Below, piece after piece: positions 54,161 to 60,000 of a stretch of DNA of 60,000 bases. The stretch is taken from contig NC_045696.1 of the NCBI RefSeq assembly GCF_009834535.1, forward strand, positions 70,992,001 to 71,052,000, written 5' to 3'. The stretch comes from Camelus ferus (taxonomy: Eukaryota). Under the pieces are notes generated by a model. That model saw only the letters and a program-made list of their open reading frames with translations, was not told the origin of the DNA and did no database searches. A program made the translations under genes and the position numbers. Each line of letters begins with the position of its first letter. Positions within the stretch are counted from its first letter, which is position 1.

Positions 54161-54564
54161 TCACATTCTAATTTCTTATTTTAACATCACCATTAGAAAT
54201 CAGGTGAGGTACACAACATTATAAATCAATTATACTTCAATTAAAAAATAATATAAAATAAAAGCTTAACTCTCCCAAAAAAAATCAGGTCAAGCAATTA
54301 CTATATCCCCACTGTAGAGATAATAGAGGCTCATCAGACACACTGATTTGCTGAAGACTATAGCAGTTCCCATTAAAAGGGCTTTACAGGTCTTCTGACG
54401 CCCAAGTCCAGCACTCTACCTTTTATACAGGTTTCATACAGGCTGCCAAGTGAGAGCGGAGAAGATAATGCAGACCCTCAATCCAAAGTTGTTGCATCTC
54501 CAGCTAGCCCAGAGCTTGGACTACAACAGGGTCCACTTCACAAGTCTCCAAGGCTACAGAGACA

Positions 54565-54725
54565 TTAATGTAGTGAATAAAGCATAGCTTTGGAGTCAGG
54601 GACTTAGATTCCAATCCTGGCTCTACTACTTAGTATGTGACCTTGAATAAGTTACTGAACCTCTCACCAAAACACAGGGATAATACTTATCTCTCCAAGT
54701 TGTTGTGAGATCTCATTATTACGTA
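54565..54725. mobile_element. MIR SINE
   Basis: GCTTTGGAGTCAG...AATCCTGGCTCTACTACTTAG..TGTGACCTTGAATAAGTTACTGAACCTCTC. Confidence 0.8.
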
Positions 54726-55134
54726 GAACAATTATTCTTTCAACATTTATTGATGGCTTAAGTACCGGTCACTGTTCAGTGGTTAAACCCACAGTAAGTG
54801 TAGGATCAATGCTAGCAGTGATCTGAGAGAGACACATGTTCTCCTCTGCTGCATCCACAGGGGTCCAGCCCCCTCACCCCCGACAGCAGTGTAGCTATGC
54901 TTGTAGCAGCCCCACCAGGAAGAAGCACCACAGATCGAGTGATTACATTCCAGGAAGAAGCCCACATCTTTCCCATTGCCCTACTAAGAGGAAGGTCAGG
55001 GTCAAGCTTCTTTCAAGGACAGCCCAGAGGTAGATATTAACATGAATGAATCTCTCAAATAGCAGCTTCCCCAAAAGGACAAGAGGGTCATCCCTTTCAT
55101 TCAGCAGCACAGAAGTCCGGTTGGAGTGGGACTG

Positions 55135-55292
55135 GAGGGGAGGGGTATAGGTGAGTGGTAGAGTAAGTGCTTAGCATGCATGACGTTCTGAGTTCAATCT
55201 CCAGTAACTCCATTAAAAAATAAGTAAGTAAATAAATAAATAAACCTAATCTCCCTCCTTCCCCCACCAAACGACAACAACAAAAAAAGAAA
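55135..55292 (+). mobile_element. tRNA-derived SINE (Vic-1-like), more diverged copy
   Basis: GGGGAGGGGTATAGGTGAGTGGTAGAG...GAGTTCAATCTCCAG...CCATTAAAAAA(TAAA)n; same family as 5588 and 19879. Confidence 0.85.
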
Positions 55293-55717
55293 GAGTGAGG
55301 CTAACTCTGCTGCCTCTTAAGAGCAAGGATCCTTAGTCCAAAGTCAGGGAATGACAGGCTTGAGGTGGGTGTGCATTGGTGGGTGGGAATAGGCAGTATA
55401 TGGGATCCACAAGCCCTAGAAAGTTGTTTCTAAGAGTTTTTGTAAAAATTTGTGTATACACCTCCTAGAAAGAACCATTACATATATCAGCTTCTCAAAG
55501 GTTCATGTCCCTAAAGAGGAACCACTGTTTCAAGATGATTACGAAGGTGGGAGAAAGGAAAGGGTCTTAGTTTTTCCCATTCAGGGCAGCCTCCCTGCTA
55601 GCCCAAGCTCAGAGTTGCTACAAACAATACCCTCTCACATCCACTCCCTACCCCAGTCTGGCCTCCAGCCACAATACCCCAGAAAACAGACACAGAGAGA
55701 TCTCAGGGATAAAGGTC

Positions 55718-55723
55718 TTTATT
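55718..55723 (-). terminator. PSMD2 poly(A) signal AATAAA
   Basis: TTTATT on +, about 140 nt after the stop, with GU/U-rich sequence downstream on the minus strand. Confidence 0.75.
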
Positions 55724-55861
55724 CAACAAAGTTATCTCAGTCAGTAACAAAAGAACAGGAGGTAACAATTCCCCCAAAGGTCTGGAACAGTGTCCACCCC
55801 TGGCAACAGGAAGCACAGCCCACTGACATATCAGCTACAGCTCAGAGCCTGTGGTGGCCAT

Positions 55862-59876
<4,015 letters not shown>

Positions 59877-60000
59877 CTACATTCCTCACCACAAAGGATG
59901 CAACATGGGCCTCATTACAGCACTGCCTTACTGGAGTTTAAAACCAGGTAGACCTTACCAGTGAAAGGGAAGCCCTGAGGGCCCTAGAACATTGGCAAGG

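Noticed and set aside
59950..60000. Donor-like GTAAG near the window edge as another PSMD2 exon
   Set aside because: The adjacent sequence does not translate to the expected PSMD2 residues; treated as intronic.

Overview
Mammalian genomic DNA, syntenic with human 3q27.1 but in reverse orientation. The tRNA-derived SINEs resemble camelid Vic-1, so a camelid host is likely (inference). Gene order: 3' end of THPO (+), complete POLR2H (-), complete CLCN2 (+, 24 coding exons, 905 aa), FAM131A (-, two alternative coding first exons), complete EIF4G1 (-, hosting SNORD66 and the 21-nt GGFRSLQ microexon), and the 3' part of PSMD2 (-). I traced the exons by hand: all are GT-AG and lengths sum in frame. 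Interspersed repeats include an internally deleted Tigger1, MER58, MER104, MIR, L1, L2 and CR1 remnants. There is no CRISPR array or prokaryote-type system, and no clearly new gene system. The best candidate novelties are at the RNA-processing level: an in-frame cryptic POLR2H exon next to a (UG)n tract, a CLCN2 alternative first exon broken by one TGA, a decayed SNORD66 paralog, an MGCIGS lipidation-type FAM131A isoform, an RFX/CRE internal promoter, and overlapping opposite-strand poly(A) signals for CLCN2 and FAM131A. Comparisons with human sequences and repeat consensuses are from memory, not from a search.
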